A stretch of 64,000 nt of DNA, taken from the NCBI GenBank assembly GCA_964460065.1, contig CAYWPF010000120.1, positions 151 to 64,150 on the forward strand. The letters run 5' to 3'. Shown one piece after another: positions 18,364-30,314 of this stretch (its first letter is position 1; each line of letters opens with the position of its first letter). The notes below the pieces were generated by a model. The model was not told the DNA's origin and did not search any database. It saw only the letters and a program-made list of their open reading frames with translations. The position numbers and the translations under genes were made by a program. The DNA is from an uncultured Enterobacteriaceae bacterium (GTDB lineage Bacteria; Desulfobacterota; Binatia; Bin18).

Positions 18364-20187
18364 GTGAACAAGGTTTCTTCTAATCTCGCATTGTGGTTGG
18401 TCCTTGGGTTGATGTTCCTCCTGATGTTCAACCTTTTTAATCGGCAGGAGCCGAGAGAGCCCGATATCGTCTTTAGTGACTTTTTCACGGCGGTAGAAAA
18501 GGGCGAAGTGTCTGAGGTGCTGATAGAGGGCCAAGTAATACGCGGCAGGTTTCGCAACGACGACCGGTTCAAAACTTACGTACCAACGGACGACCCCGAT
18601 CTTATGAGGGTATTGCGTGAACGCGGCGTGCGTGTGGCGGCGCGACCGGAAACGGGTGACCCATGGTATATTACCGTGCTGATACAGTGGTTTCCGATGC
18701 TGTTGCTAATTGGGGTCTGGGTCTTCTTCATGCGCCAGATGCAAATGGGGGGCGGGAAGGCAATGTCGTTTGGCAAAAGCCGCGCGAAGTTGCTCACAGA
18801 AAACGAACATAGGATCACTTTCAGTGATGTCGCGGGAGTAGAGGAGCCGAAGCAGGAACTCGAAGAGATTATTGCGTTCCTTAAGGACCCAAAGAAATTT
18901 ACGCGTTTAGGGGGTCGGATTCCCAAAGGAGTTCTGCTAGTTGGTTCGCCTGGAACCGGGAAAACTTTGTTAGCACGTGCTATAGCGGGGGAAGCGGGTG
19001 TTCCGTTCTTCTCGATCAGCGGGTCTGATTTTGTGGAGATGTTCGTCGGTGTTGGGGCTTCTCGCGTACGGGATCTTTTTATACAAGGGAAAAAACAGGC
19101 CCCTTGTATTATTTTTATCGATGAGATTGATGCGGTCGGTAGACACCGCGGCGCAGGGCTGGGCGGAGGTCACGACGAACGCGAACAAACCCTTAATCAA
19201 CTACTTGTAGAAATGGACGGATTTGAGGCCAACGAGGGCGTAATTTTGATTGCCGCGACCAATCGCCCTGACGTTTTAGACCCCGCTCTTCTGCGGCCCG
19301 GCCGTTTCGACCGTCGGGTAGTGGTTCCGTCGCCTGACGTACGAGGCCGAGAGGAAATACTGAATGTGCATACGCGCAGGGTGCCGATGGACGACAAAGT
19401 AGACGTTTCTAAAATCGCCCGCGGTACGCCTGGGTTTTCTGGCGCCGACCTGGAAAATTTGGTGAATGAAGCGGCTTTGCTTGCCGCGCGGAGAGACAAA
19501 GAAAAGGTAGAGATGGACGATTTCGAATTGTCCAAGGACAAAGTGCTCATGGGAGCCGAACGTCGAAGCATGATTTTGACGCTAGATGAGCGACGGAACA
19601 CTGCGTACCACGAGGCGGGGCACGCGCTGGTAGCTAAGCTTACGCCAGGTACCGACCCGGTTCATAAAGTGACGATCATTCCGCGCGGTATGGCACTAGG
19701 CGTTACGCAACAGCTCCCCGTTGACGATAAACATACGTTTTCTAAGGACTATATATTAAAACGCTTATCCATAATGTTTGGCGGTCGGGTCGCCGAGGAA
19801 TTGGTGCTGGGCCATACCACCACAGGAGCTGGCGACGATCTGGAAAAGGCGACTGAACTTGCGAGACGTATGGTCTGCGAATGGGGTATGAGTGAGCGCC
19901 TGGGCCCTATGACTTTTGGAAAGAAGGACGAACAGATCTTCTTGGGAAGAGACATAACACAGACAAAAGACTACTCAGAAGAGACCGCCATCGAAATCGA
20001 TACAGAGGTGAGGAATATCATAAAGAACGCGTTCGATAAGGCGAAGGAACTGTTAGAAACTAATATTGCTCTTTTGCATCGGATGGCTGAGGTTCTCCTC
20101 GAAAAAGAATCATTAGATGGCCCGGATATAGATGGAATATTGGCCGAGTTTAGCATAGTCCCGGATGCCGAAACGCCGGGTTCTTAG
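18364..20187 (+). CDS. ftsH: ATP-dependent zinc metalloprotease FtsH
   Basis: N-terminal TM, Walker A GSPGTGKT, second region of homology, HEAGH zinc motif; GTG 18364 preceded by GGTGA (in-frame ORF opens at 18349). Confidence 0.9.
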   Translation: MNKVSSNLALWLVLGLMFLLMFNLFNRQEPREPDIVFSDFFTAVEKGEVSEVLIEGQVIRGRFRNDDRFKTYVPTDDPDLMRVLRERGVRVAARPETGDPWYITVLIQWFPMLLLIGVWVFFMRQMQMGGGKAMSFGKSRAKLLTENEHRITFSDVAGVEEPKQELEEIIAFLKDPKKFTRLGGRIPKGVLLVGSPGTGKTLLARAIAGEAGVPFFSISGSDFVEMFVGVGASRVRDLFIQGKKQAPCIIFIDEIDAVGRHRGAGLGGGHDEREQTLNQLLVEMDGFEANEGVILIAATNRPDVLDPALLRPGRFDRRVVVPSPDVRGREEILNVHTRRVPMDDKVDVSKIARGTPGFSGADLENLVNEAALLAARRDKEKVEMDDFELSKDKVLMGAERRSMILTLDERRNTAYHEAGHALVAKLTPGTDPVHKVTIIPRGMALGVTQQLPVDDKHTFSKDYILKRLSIMFGGRVAEELVLGHTTTGAGDDLEKATELARRMVCEWGMSERLGPMTFGKKDEQIFLGRDITQTKDYSEETAIEIDTEVRNIIKNAFDKAKELLETNIALLHRMAEVLLEKESLDGPDIDGILAEFSIVPDAETPGS

Positions 20188-20261
20188 AGCCACAGAGAAA
20201 ACAACAATTCCAGATAAGGTAGAGGCCACTCGCAATACAGATAAGTGAGGACGGGCTGGGG

Positions 20262-20295
20262 GAAAAAGGCAGTACTTTTGCTCGCTGCGTTTTTC
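20262..20295 (+). terminator. possible ftsH terminator hairpin GAAAAAGGCAG...CTGCGTTTTTC followed by TTTGT
   Basis: 11-bp imperfect stem, 12-nt loop, T-rich 3' side. Confidence 0.3.
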
Positions 20296-20353
20296 TTTGT
20301 GGGGGGGTAGTGTGTAGATTGAGGTTCCCGATCCAAAGTGGCAACATCGGAAA

Positions 20354-21721
20354 ATGGAAGATAAAAGGCAATTGCGGAAACTGTTCGGAACCGACGGTAT
20401 ACGGGGAACAGTGAATGTGGAACCCATCACATCAGAGACGACCCTCCGCGTAGGACAGGCACTGACTTGTGTTTTCCAGGGTGAACCCCAACATCACAAA
20501 ATTCTAATTGGGAAAGACACACGTTTGTCGGGATATATGCTGGAGACGGCTATGGCTTCAGGCATTTGCTCAATGGGGGGAGATGTCCTTCTAGTGGGTC
20601 CATTGCCGACGCCGGGCATCGCGTTTCTAACCAGAGATCTAGGGGCGGACGCGGGTGTAATGATCTCTGCGTCACATAACAAGTTTGAGGACAATGGGAT
20701 AAAGATCTTTTCCAACCGCGGGCTTAAACTCCCTGATGAGGTAGAGGACAGGATAACCGAACTAGTACAGGGCAATCGGATGAGTGAGGTACGTCCTACT
20801 ACCGGTTCAATTGGTAAGGCGGTACGGATTGACGATGCCCTCGCCCGATACCGGGATTTTGTGAAAAGTTCGTTTCCTAAGGAACTAAACCTGAGGGGTC
20901 TAAAAGTAGTCATCGATTGCGCGAACGGGGCGGCCTACAAAGTTGCGCCTGAGGTGCTCTCAGAATTGGGCGCCGAGGTGATCGCCGTTAGCACGAAACC
21001 TGATGGCACTAACATCAATGAGGATTGTGGCGCTCTACATCCTCAGCAGGTCTGCGGACTAGTGCGGCTGCACGAAGCTGATCTGGGAATTGCGCTCGAC
21101 GGCGATGCCGATCGTGCGATTTTGGTTGACGACGCAGGAGCCGTGGTGGATGGAGATGTAACTCTCGGCATCTTGGCGAAAGATAGGTTAGAAACGGCCC
21201 GCTTACAGCGGAAAACATTGGTAGCGACGGTAATGAGCAACCTTGGCCTCGAGGTAGCATTGCGTAAAATGGGCGCGAAGTTGGTACGAACACCCGTCGG
21301 AGATCGTTACGTCGTCGAAGAAATGCTCCGAGGGGGATACAATATTGGCGGCGAGCAATCTGGCCATATTATATTGCTCGATGTCAATACGACCGGAGAT
21401 GGGATTGCAACGTTCCTTTCCGTTTTAGCTATTATGGTACAAAACCAGCGCCCGTTGTCAGAAATTAGGCAGATCGTACGCCGGTATCCTCAGGTCTTGA
21501 TCAATGTGACTGTTCGGCAGCGAAAAGACCTAAATAAAGTAGAACCAGTATGCAAAATTATGAAAAATATCTCTGATAAATTGGGAGATAATGGTAGGTT
21601 ATTGGTGCGTTACTCGGGAACGGAACCCCTAGTGCGAGTAATGGTAGAAGGAGAAGAAGAGGGTGTGGTGCGCGCGTACGCGCAGGAAGTGGCCGACGCT
21701 CTCCAGGTTCACATTGGTTGA
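20354..21721 (+). CDS. glmM: phosphoglucosamine mutase
   Basis: GTDGIRG and SASHNKFEDNGIK active-site serine loop. Confidence 0.9.
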   Translation: MEDKRQLRKLFGTDGIRGTVNVEPITSETTLRVGQALTCVFQGEPQHHKILIGKDTRLSGYMLETAMASGICSMGGDVLLVGPLPTPGIAFLTRDLGADAGVMISASHNKFEDNGIKIFSNRGLKLPDEVEDRITELVQGNRMSEVRPTTGSIGKAVRIDDALARYRDFVKSSFPKELNLRGLKVVIDCANGAAYKVAPEVLSELGAEVIAVSTKPDGTNINEDCGALHPQQVCGLVRLHEADLGIALDGDADRAILVDDAGAVVDGDVTLGILAKDRLETARLQRKTLVATVMSNLGLEVALRKMGAKLVRTPVGDRYVVEEMLRGGYNIGGEQSGHIILLDVNTTGDGIATFLSVLAIMVQNQRPLSEIRQIVRRYPQVLINVTVRQRKDLNKVEPVCKIMKNISDKLGDNGRLLVRYSGTEPLVRVMVEGEEEGVVRAYAQEVADALQVHIG

Positions 21722-21747
21722 AGGCTGTTTCGCCTAGAGGAGTAACC

Positions 21748-23343
21748 GTGTTTGTTCTTTCCGCAAGCGAAATGGCTGATATTGAGCGTTTGACCATTGA
21801 ACACGGTAAAACTAGTAGCTACGAACTTATGAAACGTGCCGGTGAGGGTGCTGCGCAGGTGATATTGGATCTGTTTGGATCGGCGACCCTAAAGTCGATT
21901 ATTATTATTGCGGGGAAGGGGAATAACGGTGGCGATGGCTTTGTCGCTGCTCGTGCCCTTAAGGAAAAGGGTTTTGCTCCATGTGTCTTTTTGGTAGCAG
22001 ATAAAAAAACGGTAAGAGGAGACGCCAAACGCGGGATGGAAGGCTACCTTCGGTCGCGTGGACAGATGAGAAAAGTCGTGACGAAGAAGCATGTGAGTGA
22101 GGTTGCCGAGAAAATTAGTGGTAGTGACCTAATAGTCGATGCGATGTTCGGTACCGGTTTGAGGTCTGCTATTTCAGGTTTGCACCTTGCCTTGGTTAGG
22201 GCGATCAACGCGTCTGGAGCACCGGTTGTTGCGGTCGATATCCCTTCAGGAATAGACACGGATACTGGGCGACCAATCAATGAGGCGGTTCGCGCTACCA
22301 CGACGGTAACCTTTGGCTACCCCAAAATAGGCCAGGTTGTTTTTCCAGGTACTGATTATAGCGGTAGGTTGATTTGTGTTGATATTGGTATCACGGCCGA
22401 AGCTGTGTCGTCGATAAATCCAAAAACGGAAGTCCTACTGGAACATGAGATGAGGGAATCAATACCGGTAAGGGTTTCTGATTCTCACAAAGGAGACTAT
22501 GGACATTTACTCGTCGTCGCGGGCTCACGAGGGAAAAGCGGCGCGGCAGTGCTCAGTGCCAGAGCGGCCCTACGCTGCGGTACAGGACTGCTTACGCTAG
22601 CAGGGCCAGCAGGGCTAGGTACGATCTTTGCCTGTTCCATCACGGAGGCAATGACGGATTCTCTACCGGAAACCCGTAACGGAGCTATGAAACACGATGC
22701 CGCGGCGTTGAAAAAAGTCCTCGCAGGAAAGAACGCGGTATGTCTGGGTCCCGGCTTAGGCGTTTCTACGGAAACACGACGGATTACGAAATGGCTTGTT
22801 ACAAACAATACCGTGCCGTTGCTAATAGATGCGGACGGTCTAAATTGTTTGGCATCCGATTTAAGGATCTTGAGGCTCGCTCGGGCTCCCTTGATCTTAA
22901 CCCCACACCCGGGCGAAATGGCGACCTTGGTGCGTTCGACGACGAAAGATGTCCAGGCAAACCGAATTAGCATTGCGAGGAATTTTGCCTCCGAACACCG
23001 CGTTTATTTGGTTTTAAAAGGCGCTCGTACGGTAATAGCGTTTCCAAACGGACGCGTGTTTATCAACCCTACAGGAAACGCGGGGATGGCAACCGCGGGG
23101 ATGGGGGATGTTTTAGCTGGGGTCATAGCTGGCCTCGTTGCCCAAGGCGTTGACCTTGGAAAAGCCTGCTGTTTGGGGGCATTCTTACATGGTTTTACCG
23201 GGAACAGGGTAGCCGCGGCAGGCAACCGAATAGGTATGTTGGCAAGCGACCTGATTGATAATCTTTCGGAAACAATCAGTGAAATGGTGGGTGTCTTACC
23301 CGGAAGGACACCCACGCGTGGTTATTTTGACATCGTCGGCTGA
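21748..23343 (+). CDS. nnr: bifunctional NAD(P)H-hydrate epimerase / ADP-dependent dehydratase
   Basis: YjeF-N motif GKGNNGGDGFVAAR and C-terminal carbohydrate-kinase-like GDVLAGVIAGLVAQG; GTG start after AGGAG. Confidence 0.85.
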   Translation: MFVLSASEMADIERLTIEHGKTSSYELMKRAGEGAAQVILDLFGSATLKSIIIIAGKGNNGGDGFVAARALKEKGFAPCVFLVADKKTVRGDAKRGMEGYLRSRGQMRKVVTKKHVSEVAEKISGSDLIVDAMFGTGLRSAISGLHLALVRAINASGAPVVAVDIPSGIDTDTGRPINEAVRATTTVTFGYPKIGQVVFPGTDYSGRLICVDIGITAEAVSSINPKTEVLLEHEMRESIPVRVSDSHKGDYGHLLVVAGSRGKSGAAVLSARAALRCGTGLLTLAGPAGLGTIFACSITEAMTDSLPETRNGAMKHDAAALKKVLAGKNAVCLGPGLGVSTETRRITKWLVTNNTVPLLIDADGLNCLASDLRILRLARAPLILTPHPGEMATLVRSTTKDVQANRISIARNFASEHRVYLVLKGARTVIAFPNGRVFINPTGNAGMATAGMGDVLAGVIAGLVAQGVDLGKACCLGAFLHGFTGNRVAAAGNRIGMLASDLIDNLSETISEMVGVLPGRTPTRGYFDIVG

Positions 23344-23800
23344 AGAGACGTTGCGCCTCGGGAAAAGGCTCGGGGACGTGTTGATGCCGCAGATGGTCGT
23401 GGGCATTTGCGGGGATTTGGGTGCGGGTAAGACTTGCCTAGTGAAGGGCATCGGCCAGAGTCTGGGAATCAGGGATGATACGATAATCAGCCCGACCTTT
23501 ACTCTGGTCGTGGAACACTATACTGGCAGAGTGCCGCTGTACCACCTGGATCTATTCCGCCTAGAAGAAGGCGGAATAGAGGACATTGGCCTTGAGGACT
23601 ACCTGTTCGGTTCCGGCATCACGGTTATAGAGTGGTTTGAGTACCTGCCGGATATTTTAAAAGACTTGGTGAACGAGCATCTTTTTGTCTCTCTTGAGCT
23701 GCTGCGTGGAGATGAGCGGAAAATTACGATTGAGGCTAACGGTATACGTTACGAGAATGTTATGAGAAATGCGTCGCTCGAGAATCGGAAGGTCGTCTGA
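23318..23800 (+). CDS. tsaE: tRNA threonylcarbamoyladenosine biosynthesis protein TsaE
   Basis: P-loop GDLGAGKT in a TsaE/YjeE-length protein; overlaps the nnr 3' end. Confidence 0.8.
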   Translation: MVILTSSAEETLRLGKRLGDVLMPQMVVGICGDLGAGKTCLVKGIGQSLGIRDDTIISPTFTLVVEHYTGRVPLYHLDLFRLEEGGIEDIGLEDYLFGSGITVIEWFEYLPDILKDLVNEHLFVSLELLRGDERKITIEANGIRYENVMRNASLENRKVV

Positions 23801-23803
23801 AAC

Positions 23804-25018
23804 ATGCTGACGGTAAAAAAGTTTGGTGGAACCTCCGTGGGGTCTATCGCACGCATAAAAAGGGTAGCTGAAAAAGTCGCTGTCAATAATACGCATGCTG
23901 GTGAAACTGCCGTAGTGCTATCGGCCATGAGCGGTGAAACCAACCGCTTGCTCGGTTTGGCGAAAGAATTGGCGGAGATGCCGGACCGCAGGGAAACTGA
24001 CGTTCTTGTTTCCACCGGGGAACAAGTGACTGTGGCATTGTTTACAATTGCGCTGAGAAAATTAGGCGTTGCTGCGGTGTCATTTCTGGGACATCAAATA
24101 CAGATAGAGACCGAGGGTATACATGGCCAGGCCCGAATCAAAAAGATAGAAACGGAGAGAATCAACGAGGCGTTGCGTTCAGGGCAAATTCCCGTAATTG
24201 CCGGCTTTCAGGGCGTGGATGTAAATGGTAACGTGACGACGCTAGGCCGCGGTGGGTCAGATACCACGGCCGTTGCAGTCGCGTCAGCAATCGGAGCTGA
24301 AGTTTGCGAGATATATACCGATGTCGACGGGGTCTATAGTGCGGATCCCAACGTGTGCCCCTCTGCTCATAAGCTCCAGCGGATTTCGTATGATGAGATG
24401 CTGGAACTTTCTAGCCTTGGAGCCAAAGTCCTTCAAATACGCTCGGTAGAGCTCGCGAAAAGGTATCGTGTGCCGGTGCACGTGCGGTCGAGTTTTTCAA
24501 CGACCCAGGGGACTTGGCTAGTCGAGGAGGATGACAAGATGGAAAGTGTCATTGTGTCGGGTGTCACGTCAGATCTAGACCAAGCTAAGATTACTTTACT
24601 GCGTGTTCCGGACCGGCCGGGACTAGCTGCTAAGCTCTTCGGTCCTATTGCCGAAGATGAGATAGTGGTGGATATGATAATCCAAAATGCTGGTGCGGAG
24701 GAGAAGACGGACGTTACGTTTACGGTTCCTCGCAGTGAACTGGGAAAAGCTCTTGCCCGAGTGAGGAAAGCAGCACCGGATATCGGTGCCGGTGATATCG
24801 TCTCCGATTCGAATGTAGCCAAGGTCTCAATCGTAGGGCTGGGTATGCGAAGTCATGCTGGAGTTGCCTCCAGAATGTTCGAAGTGTTAGCCGCCGAAGG
24901 TATCAATATCCAAATGATTTCGACTTCTGAAATTAAAATATCGATTATTATTGATGCCAAATACGCGGAATTAGCGGTTAGGGTCCTGCACGATGCTTTA
25001 ATCTCGAATTACGATTGA
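23804..25018 (+). CDS. lysC: aspartate kinase
   Basis: MLTVKKFGGTSVG N-terminus, two C-terminal ACT domains. Confidence 0.9.
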   Translation: MLTVKKFGGTSVGSIARIKRVAEKVAVNNTHAGETAVVLSAMSGETNRLLGLAKELAEMPDRRETDVLVSTGEQVTVALFTIALRKLGVAAVSFLGHQIQIETEGIHGQARIKKIETERINEALRSGQIPVIAGFQGVDVNGNVTTLGRGGSDTTAVAVASAIGAEVCEIYTDVDGVYSADPNVCPSAHKLQRISYDEMLELSSLGAKVLQIRSVELAKRYRVPVHVRSSFSTTQGTWLVEEDDKMESVIVSGVTSDLDQAKITLLRVPDRPGLAAKLFGPIAEDEIVVDMIIQNAGAEEKTDVTFTVPRSELGKALARVRKAAPDIGAGDIVSDSNVAKVSIVGLGMRSHAGVASRMFEVLAAEGINIQMISTSEIKISIIIDAKYAELAVRVLHDALISNYD

Positions 25019-25050
25019 AACTTTTATAATATGGACACTGCGAGCAGGGT

Positions 25051-26652
25051 ATGAAGAAAATTACTTTATACGACACGACGCTGAGGGACGGTTGTCAGTC
25101 CGAGGATGTGTCCTTTACCCTCGATGATAAGCTTCGTATCGCAGAGCAATTGGATGCGTTTGGCGTGCACTATATCGAAGGCGGTTGGCCCGGATCCAAT
25201 CCACGGGACAAAGAATTCTTCGGGGCGGTACAAAAATTGAAGCTCAAATACGCACGTATTGCGGCTTTTGGCTCGACCCGTCGTGCTAACGTCAAGGCGT
25301 CCGACGATTCGAACATCCGGCTGCTTCTCCAAGCGAACACCCCAGCAGTTACCATCGTTGGGAAAACTTGGGATTTGCATGTGCGTGACGATTTGCGGAT
25401 TTCTAAGACGGCCAATCTCGAGGTCATAGGAGATTCGATTGCGTACCTGAAGAAGCGGGTTGATGAGGTGATCTTCGATGCCGAACATTTTTTCGATGGC
25501 TATTGTGAAAATGCAACCTATGCGCTGGAGTGTTTGAAGGTTGCGGCCGATGCCGGGGCCGACACCATCGTGCTGTGTGATACCCGGGGCGGAAGTATAG
25601 GTATAGCGATTGAGGGGGGAGTGTGTGCTGCTCAAAAGGCCGTCCCAACAGAAATCGGTATTCACTGTCACAATGACTCGGAGCTGGCAGTCGCCAACTC
25701 ATTGGCAGCCGTGCGAGCCGGCGCTCACCATGTACAAGGAACCATTAATGGTTTTGGTGAGCGGTGTGGCAATGCAAATCTCTGTTCAGTCATACCTAAT
25801 TTGCAGGTCAAGATGGGTTACCGATGCGTGAGTCCCAAGCGACTCAAACGACTGCCACAACTCTCCCGGCTCGTGTATGAATTGGCAAATGTGGAGCCTA
25901 ATAAGAGGCAACCTTACGTGGGGGCTAGTGCTTTTGCGCACAAGGGAGGACTTCACGTGGCTGCGGTGCAGAAGAATAGAGAGACTTACGAACATATTGA
26001 TCCTGAACTAGTGGGTAATTCGCAAAGAGTCCTAGTGTCTGACTTGTCAGGTCGTAGTAATGTTGTTTACAAGGCCAAGGAATTCGGTCTGAAGATGAAT
26101 AGTTCGGACCCCGCGGTCAAAGTGATATTGGAGAATGTGAAAGAGCTCGAGTACTCGGGATACCAGTATGAAGGCGCTGAAGCGTCCTTTGAATTATTAA
26201 TGCGGCGCGCGTTGAAGGGAAGGGTCCGAAATTTTCGTCTAATAGGCTTTAGAGTGATAGATGAGAAACGAAATGAAAATGAACCGCCCTTATCTGAAGC
26301 GACGATCATGCTCGAAGGCCCCGACGGACGAGTCGAGCATACGGCAGCTCAAGGGAACGGTCCTGTTAATGCCCTTGACGAGGCGTTAAGGAAGGCCCTA
26401 ATTAAATTTTATCCCCAATTGGGGGACGTGGAATTGCATGATTACAAGGTCAGAGTGTTAGGGGCAGGGCAAGGCACGAGTGCGACGGTCCGGGTGTTGA
26501 TAGAATCCGGTGACGCGCGCGATAGATGGGGTACCGTCGGCGTATCGCACAACGTCATTGAGGCGAGCTGGCAGGCTCTGGTGGACAGTATGGAGTACAA
26601 GTTACAAAAAGATGCCGCGCCACCCCGGCGACGAAAAACGATGATCAAGTGA
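25051..26652 (+). CDS. cimA: (R)-citramalate synthase / 2-isopropylmalate synthase family (long form with regulatory domain)
   Basis: TLRDGCQ DRE-TIM metallolyase motif, [17 protein letters not shown], 533 aa with LeuA-type C-terminal domain. Confidence 0.8.
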   Translation: MKKITLYDTTLRDGCQSEDVSFTLDDKLRIAEQLDAFGVHYIEGGWPGSNPRDKEFFGAVQKLKLKYARIAAFGSTRRANVKASDDSNIRLLLQANTPAVTIVGKTWDLHVRDDLRISKTANLEVIGDSIAYLKKRVDEVIFDAEHFFDGYCENATYALECLKVAADAGADTIVLCDTRGGSIGIAIEGGVCAAQKAVPTEIGIHCHNDSELAVANSLAAVRAGAHHVQGTINGFGERCGNANLCSVIPNLQVKMGYRCVSPKRLKRLPQLSRLVYELANVEPNKRQPYVGASAFAHKGGLHVAAVQKNRETYEHIDPELVGNSQRVLVSDLSGRSNVVYKAKEFGLKMNSSDPAVKVILENVKELEYSGYQYEGAEASFELLMRRALKGRVRNFRLIGFRVIDEKRNENEPPLSEATIMLEGPDGRVEHTAAQGNGPVNALDEALRKALIKFYPQLGDVELHDYKVRVLGAGQGTSATVRVLIESGDARDRWGTVGVSHNVIEASWQALVDSMEYKLQKDAAPPRRRKTMIK

Positions 26653-26747
26653 GAATTTTCTCTTTTGTTTTGAAACCGGCATCTCGCGAGTTAGAAAGGA
26701 AGTCGCTCGGGAGCGGCTGAACCGTGTACCGATGCCAGTGGTTATAG

Positions 26748-27722
26748 ATGACGCACAAGAAGAGCCGAAACCTGCGCGCAGTTGCGGGTGGAATAATGAT
26801 GGGCCTCGCAAACCTCGTTCCGGGGGTCAGTGGAGGTACAATGCTCCTAGCCGTGGGGGTGTATTCTCGTTTTATAGATGCAGTGGCCGATGTGACAACC
26901 CTTCGCGTACGCGGTAAATCGCTTGTGTTTTTGTTGCTGGTTGTGATGAGTGCTGGGCTTACCATATTGTTTTGCGCTGGGCCTATTAAGTCGGCGGTCA
27001 GCGAATATCGTGCCGTCACGTATTCGCTCTTCATAGGATTGACCCTTGGCAGCTTGCCGCTCGTGTGCGCGCAGGCAAAACCCATTTCCGGGGGATTTTT
27101 CTTTTTTGCTGTTCTATTTTTTTCGTTTATGATGGCGCTCACCTTTGGTCTAGGAGGTTCTGGCTCCACTTTAAGTAGTGAAGGGTCAGTGTTGCCGCTT
27201 TTGGTCGCCGGGTTCCTTGGGGCCGGGGCGATGATCCTGCCCGGATTATCCGGCGCTTACATTCTCCTCCTCTTGGGCCAATATCTGCCGATCCTACACG
27301 GAATCGATCAGGTAAAGGCAGGGCTTTTCGGCGACGCTGTGCCTGGCGGGGTAGACGTTTCCGCGTTAATGGAGGGGGTCGGCGTAGTAGGTCCGGTGTG
27401 CGTTGGGGTGCTGCTCGGCGTAGTCTTCGTCGCGAACATTATGCGATGGCTACTAGCTCGTTACCGTTCCAATATTTGCGGAGTATTGGTCGGTCTGGTC
27501 TTTGGTTCGGTTCTTGGGTTGTGGCCGTTCCGAGCGGAGCCGGCCTATAAAGCCGAGGGTTCGGTAGGCGTGCGAGCAGAGTATTCCGGGACCCCAGGAG
27601 CGTCCAGAGATGGAGCGAGACGTTTTTCCCTCAGATGGGAAGAGGTGGCCTCCTCTCTGTTGCTTGTTGGTATCGGCGCTACAATCACAATATCGTCGCA
27701 TAGATTTACGCGAGGCGACTGA
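26748..27722 (+). CDS. DUF368 family polytopic membrane protein
   Basis: duplicated GVSGG / GLSGA motifs of DUF368. Confidence 0.65.
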   Translation: MTHKKSRNLRAVAGGIMMGLANLVPGVSGGTMLLAVGVYSRFIDAVADVTTLRVRGKSLVFLLLVVMSAGLTILFCAGPIKSAVSEYRAVTYSLFIGLTLGSLPLVCAQAKPISGGFFFFAVLFFSFMMALTFGLGGSGSTLSSEGSVLPLLVAGFLGAGAMILPGLSGAYILLLLGQYLPILHGIDQVKAGLFGDAVPGGVDVSALMEGVGVVGPVCVGVLLGVVFVANIMRWLLARYRSNICGVLVGLVFGSVLGLWPFRAEPAYKAEGSVGVRAEYSGTPGASRDGARRFSLRWEEVASSLLLVGIGATITISSHRFTRGD

Positions 27723-27857
27723 TTACCATAGCCGGGCGGGTGAGGTTCTTTTACGGCAGATTGTGGTGGACATTGTTTCTTGACAAAGTGGGGCGTTCGC
27801 CCGAAAATGGTAATTAGCCTTATAGCAGCTTGAGACGATTTTTGGAAAGGGGACGGC

Positions 27858-28598
27858 GTGGTGTGGCGGTGGAGAAGTGGAATCCTGTTGCTGTGTCTTT
27901 TTGCGGTTTCTGCCCTGAATGGCTGCTCACGCGGTCAGAGCCGGTATCATGTGGTAAGGCCGGGGGAGACGCTGACATGGATTGGAGCCGCGTACGGGGT
28001 GTCCTACAAAGAATTAGCATCTCTCAATGATATACGGGATCCGGATAGAATCGAAGTTGGCCAAAGTTTGCTCGTTCCGCAGGGCGCTACGTATGAAGAG
28101 CCCAGAAAACATGCCAGCCCGAGGCGAGCAAAGGCCACGAAAGATAGAGAGCGAAAAGTCGAGGCCGGGCGCGTAAGGCGCGGCGGGGTAGAAAAAGGCC
28201 GGCAGAAATTCACTTGGCCTGTGAAAGGTATCTTGACGTCGGGATTTGGCCCCCGAAACGGTAGCTTCCACGATGGTATAGATATCGCCGCTCCGGTTGG
28301 GACGTTAGTGCGCGCTGCGGGCACCGGACGGGTAATGTTTAGCGATGTTCTCCGCGGGTATGGAAAAGTAGTTATTCTGAAACATAGTGACGGGTTTACA
28401 ACGGTATATGCTCATCACCGACGGAATCTAGTGCAAGCTGGTCAAAGGGTATTGCAAGGAGACATTGTCGGGGAGGTTGGTCAAACAGGGCGAGTGACCG
28501 GCCCAAATCTGCATTTTGAAGTCCGTAGAGGAAAAAGTGCGCGGGATCCTATGCGGTACCTACCGCGTATACGTCAGGCGAAGAAGGTTCCAAGATAG
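27858..28598 (+). CDS. LysM domain + M23 peptidase lipoprotein (NlpD-like murein hydrolase or activator)
   Basis: lipobox LNGCS, LysM YHVVRPGETLTWIGAAYG, M23 HxxxD...H region GIDIAAPVG...YAHH. Confidence 0.85.
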   Translation: MVWRWRSGILLLCLFAVSALNGCSRGQSRYHVVRPGETLTWIGAAYGVSYKELASLNDIRDPDRIEVGQSLLVPQGATYEEPRKHASPRRAKATKDRERKVEAGRVRRGGVEKGRQKFTWPVKGILTSGFGPRNGSFHDGIDIAAPVGTLVRAAGTGRVMFSDVLRGYGKVVILKHSDGFTTVYAHHRRNLVQAGQRVLQGDIVGEVGQTGRVTGPNLHFEVRRGKSARDPMRYLPRIRQAKKVPR

Positions 28599-28649
28599 AG
28601 TATGTATGCTGCTGGAGGGCCAAGCAGAAGAGACTGTCAGGAGATAGAT

Positions 28650-29171
28650 GTGCTAGATATACGCAAGTTAATTCGCGATATTCCCGATTTTCCCAAGGCT
28701 GGTATTGTGTTCAAAGATATTACGCCGTTGCTCGCTGACGGAGAGGCTTGGAGACAAATCGTAGATATTTTTGTGGAGCGTTATAGAAAGAAAATCGATC
28801 TCATTGTAGGTATTGAATCTCGCGGTTTTCTGCTCGGATCGGCCCTTGCGTATGCCTTGGGGTGCGGGCATGCACTGGTACGAAAGCCAGGCAAATTGCC
28901 GTCGGCTACCTTGTCGGAAAGTTATGAGCTCGAGTATGGTTTTGACACGCTTGAGCTACATAGAGATGCTTTTTCCCCGAAGAGCCGCGTTCTAGTAGTG
29001 GATGATTTGTTGGCCACTGGTGGCACCGCGAAAGCTGCAATTCGGCTGGTAGAGGCGCTCGACGGAATCGTCGTTGAGACGGCCTTTCTTATAGAATTGT
29101 CCTTCTTAAAAGGGGCCGATCAGTTGAAGCCCCATGGAGTTTTCTCCCTTGTGCAATACGGCGACGAGTGA
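28650..29171 (+). CDS. apt: adenine phosphoribosyltransferase
   Basis: PRPP-binding [11 protein letters not shown]; GTG start after AGGAGA. Confidence 0.85.
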   Translation: MLDIRKLIRDIPDFPKAGIVFKDITPLLADGEAWRQIVDIFVERYRKKIDLIVGIESRGFLLGSALAYALGCGHALVRKPGKLPSATLSESYELEYGFDTLELHRDAFSPKSRVLVVDDLLATGGTAKAAIRLVEALDGIVVETAFLIELSFLKGADQLKPHGVFSLVQYGDE

Positions 29172-29408
29172 ACGAATAGCTTCGACGGCTCAGCGTTAGT
29201 ATCGGTCTGCCATTCAGGGGCGGGCTTTGAGCCATCGTTCTGACTTGTGATTGCTCCTGATGTGCGAAAGCGTGAGATGCATATTTGCATGGGGATAGCC
29301 TAGTTAGTGAGTCAGTTCGCGGGGTCCGCGTACCACACATCGCCTTTCCTTACTGCGAGGGGAACCCGCGTTTGCGTGTCATAAACCCGGCATAGAGGGC
29401 AAAATAAT

Positions 29409-30314
29409 TTGGCGTCTTATTTTCTCTTATTCGGTGTCGTGTGCTTGTGGGCAACAAATTTTCCTGCGGGGAAATTTATGCTCGATAGTCTAGGCCCCTT
29501 GACACTTATCGCTGTGAGAACGGTAGTTGGCGCGATATTACTGACGCTAATGGGTTGGAGAACTCAGGACAGGTGGTGGTCAGAGCTGCTTAAAGATAAA
29601 AGGAGTACGGTGGTAATGGCGCTCACGGGAGTGATAGGTGCCGGCACTCTATTTTATCTGGGACTGCAGTCTACCTCCGCTTCGAACGCCGGAATTATTG
29701 CGGCGTCGACCCCTATGTGGGTGGCTCTATTTTCTTGGTTTTGGAACAAGGAGCAGCTTACGAGTGTGAGCGTGTTTGGGATGTTTCTTTCTTTCGTCGG
29801 GTTGGTTTGGATCATATGTCGAGGTTCCCTGGAATACTTACTTCAGCTGTCTTTTAATGAGGGTGATCTTTATATATTGCTGGGGCAGCTCAGCTGGGCA
29901 ACGTATACCGTGTACAGTCGTGTGGCGTTGTCTAACCGTTCCGCGGCCGCCGCAACTGCGAGCTCGTACATCGCTGGAATGATTGTGTTAGTACCGTTGA
30001 GCCTCCTTGAGGCGCCCGATATTGGAGAAATGAATTTCTCGCCGATGCTACTAATGGCATTGGCATATTTGTCTATACTTTCCCCAATGACCAATCTGCT
30101 TTACTACCAAGCCCTTGTGAAAGTGAGCCCCGCGCGGGCGGCGGTGTTTATGAATTTGATTCCAATTATTGTTATTGCTAGTTCTGCCGTCTTTCTCAAG
30201 GAAGAGATTACTCAAGTCCAAGTACTCGGTACGGCCTGTGTTATAGTAGGGGTGCTGCTTACGACGAGATCCGGCCGTTGCGGTACTCTTCAGGAGGCAA
30301 GGAATACGCATTGA
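29409..30314 (+). CDS. EamA/DMT superfamily transporter
   Basis: 10-TM duplicated EamA architecture; start codon uncertain (TTG 29409). Confidence 0.7.
   Translation: MASYFLLFGVVCLWATNFPAGKFMLDSLGPLTLIAVRTVVGAILLTLMGWRTQDRWWSELLKDKRSTVVMALTGVIGAGTLFYLGLQSTSASNAGIIAASTPMWVALFSWFWNKEQLTSVSVFGMFLSFVGLVWIICRGSLEYLLQLSFNEGDLYILLGQLSWATYTVYSRVALSNRSAAAATASSYIAGMIVLVPLSLLEAPDIGEMNFSPMLLMALAYLSILSPMTNLLYYQALVKVSPARAAVFMNLIPIIVIASSAVFLKEEITQVQVLGTACVIVGVLLTTRSGRCGTLQEARNTH

Noticed and set aside
29172-29408. Possible ncRNA or riboswitch in the 237-nt apt-EamA gap
   Set aside because: Only short imperfect dyads are present (e.g. ATGCA-tattt-TGCAT). Nothing matches a known riboswitch or sRNA fold by eye.
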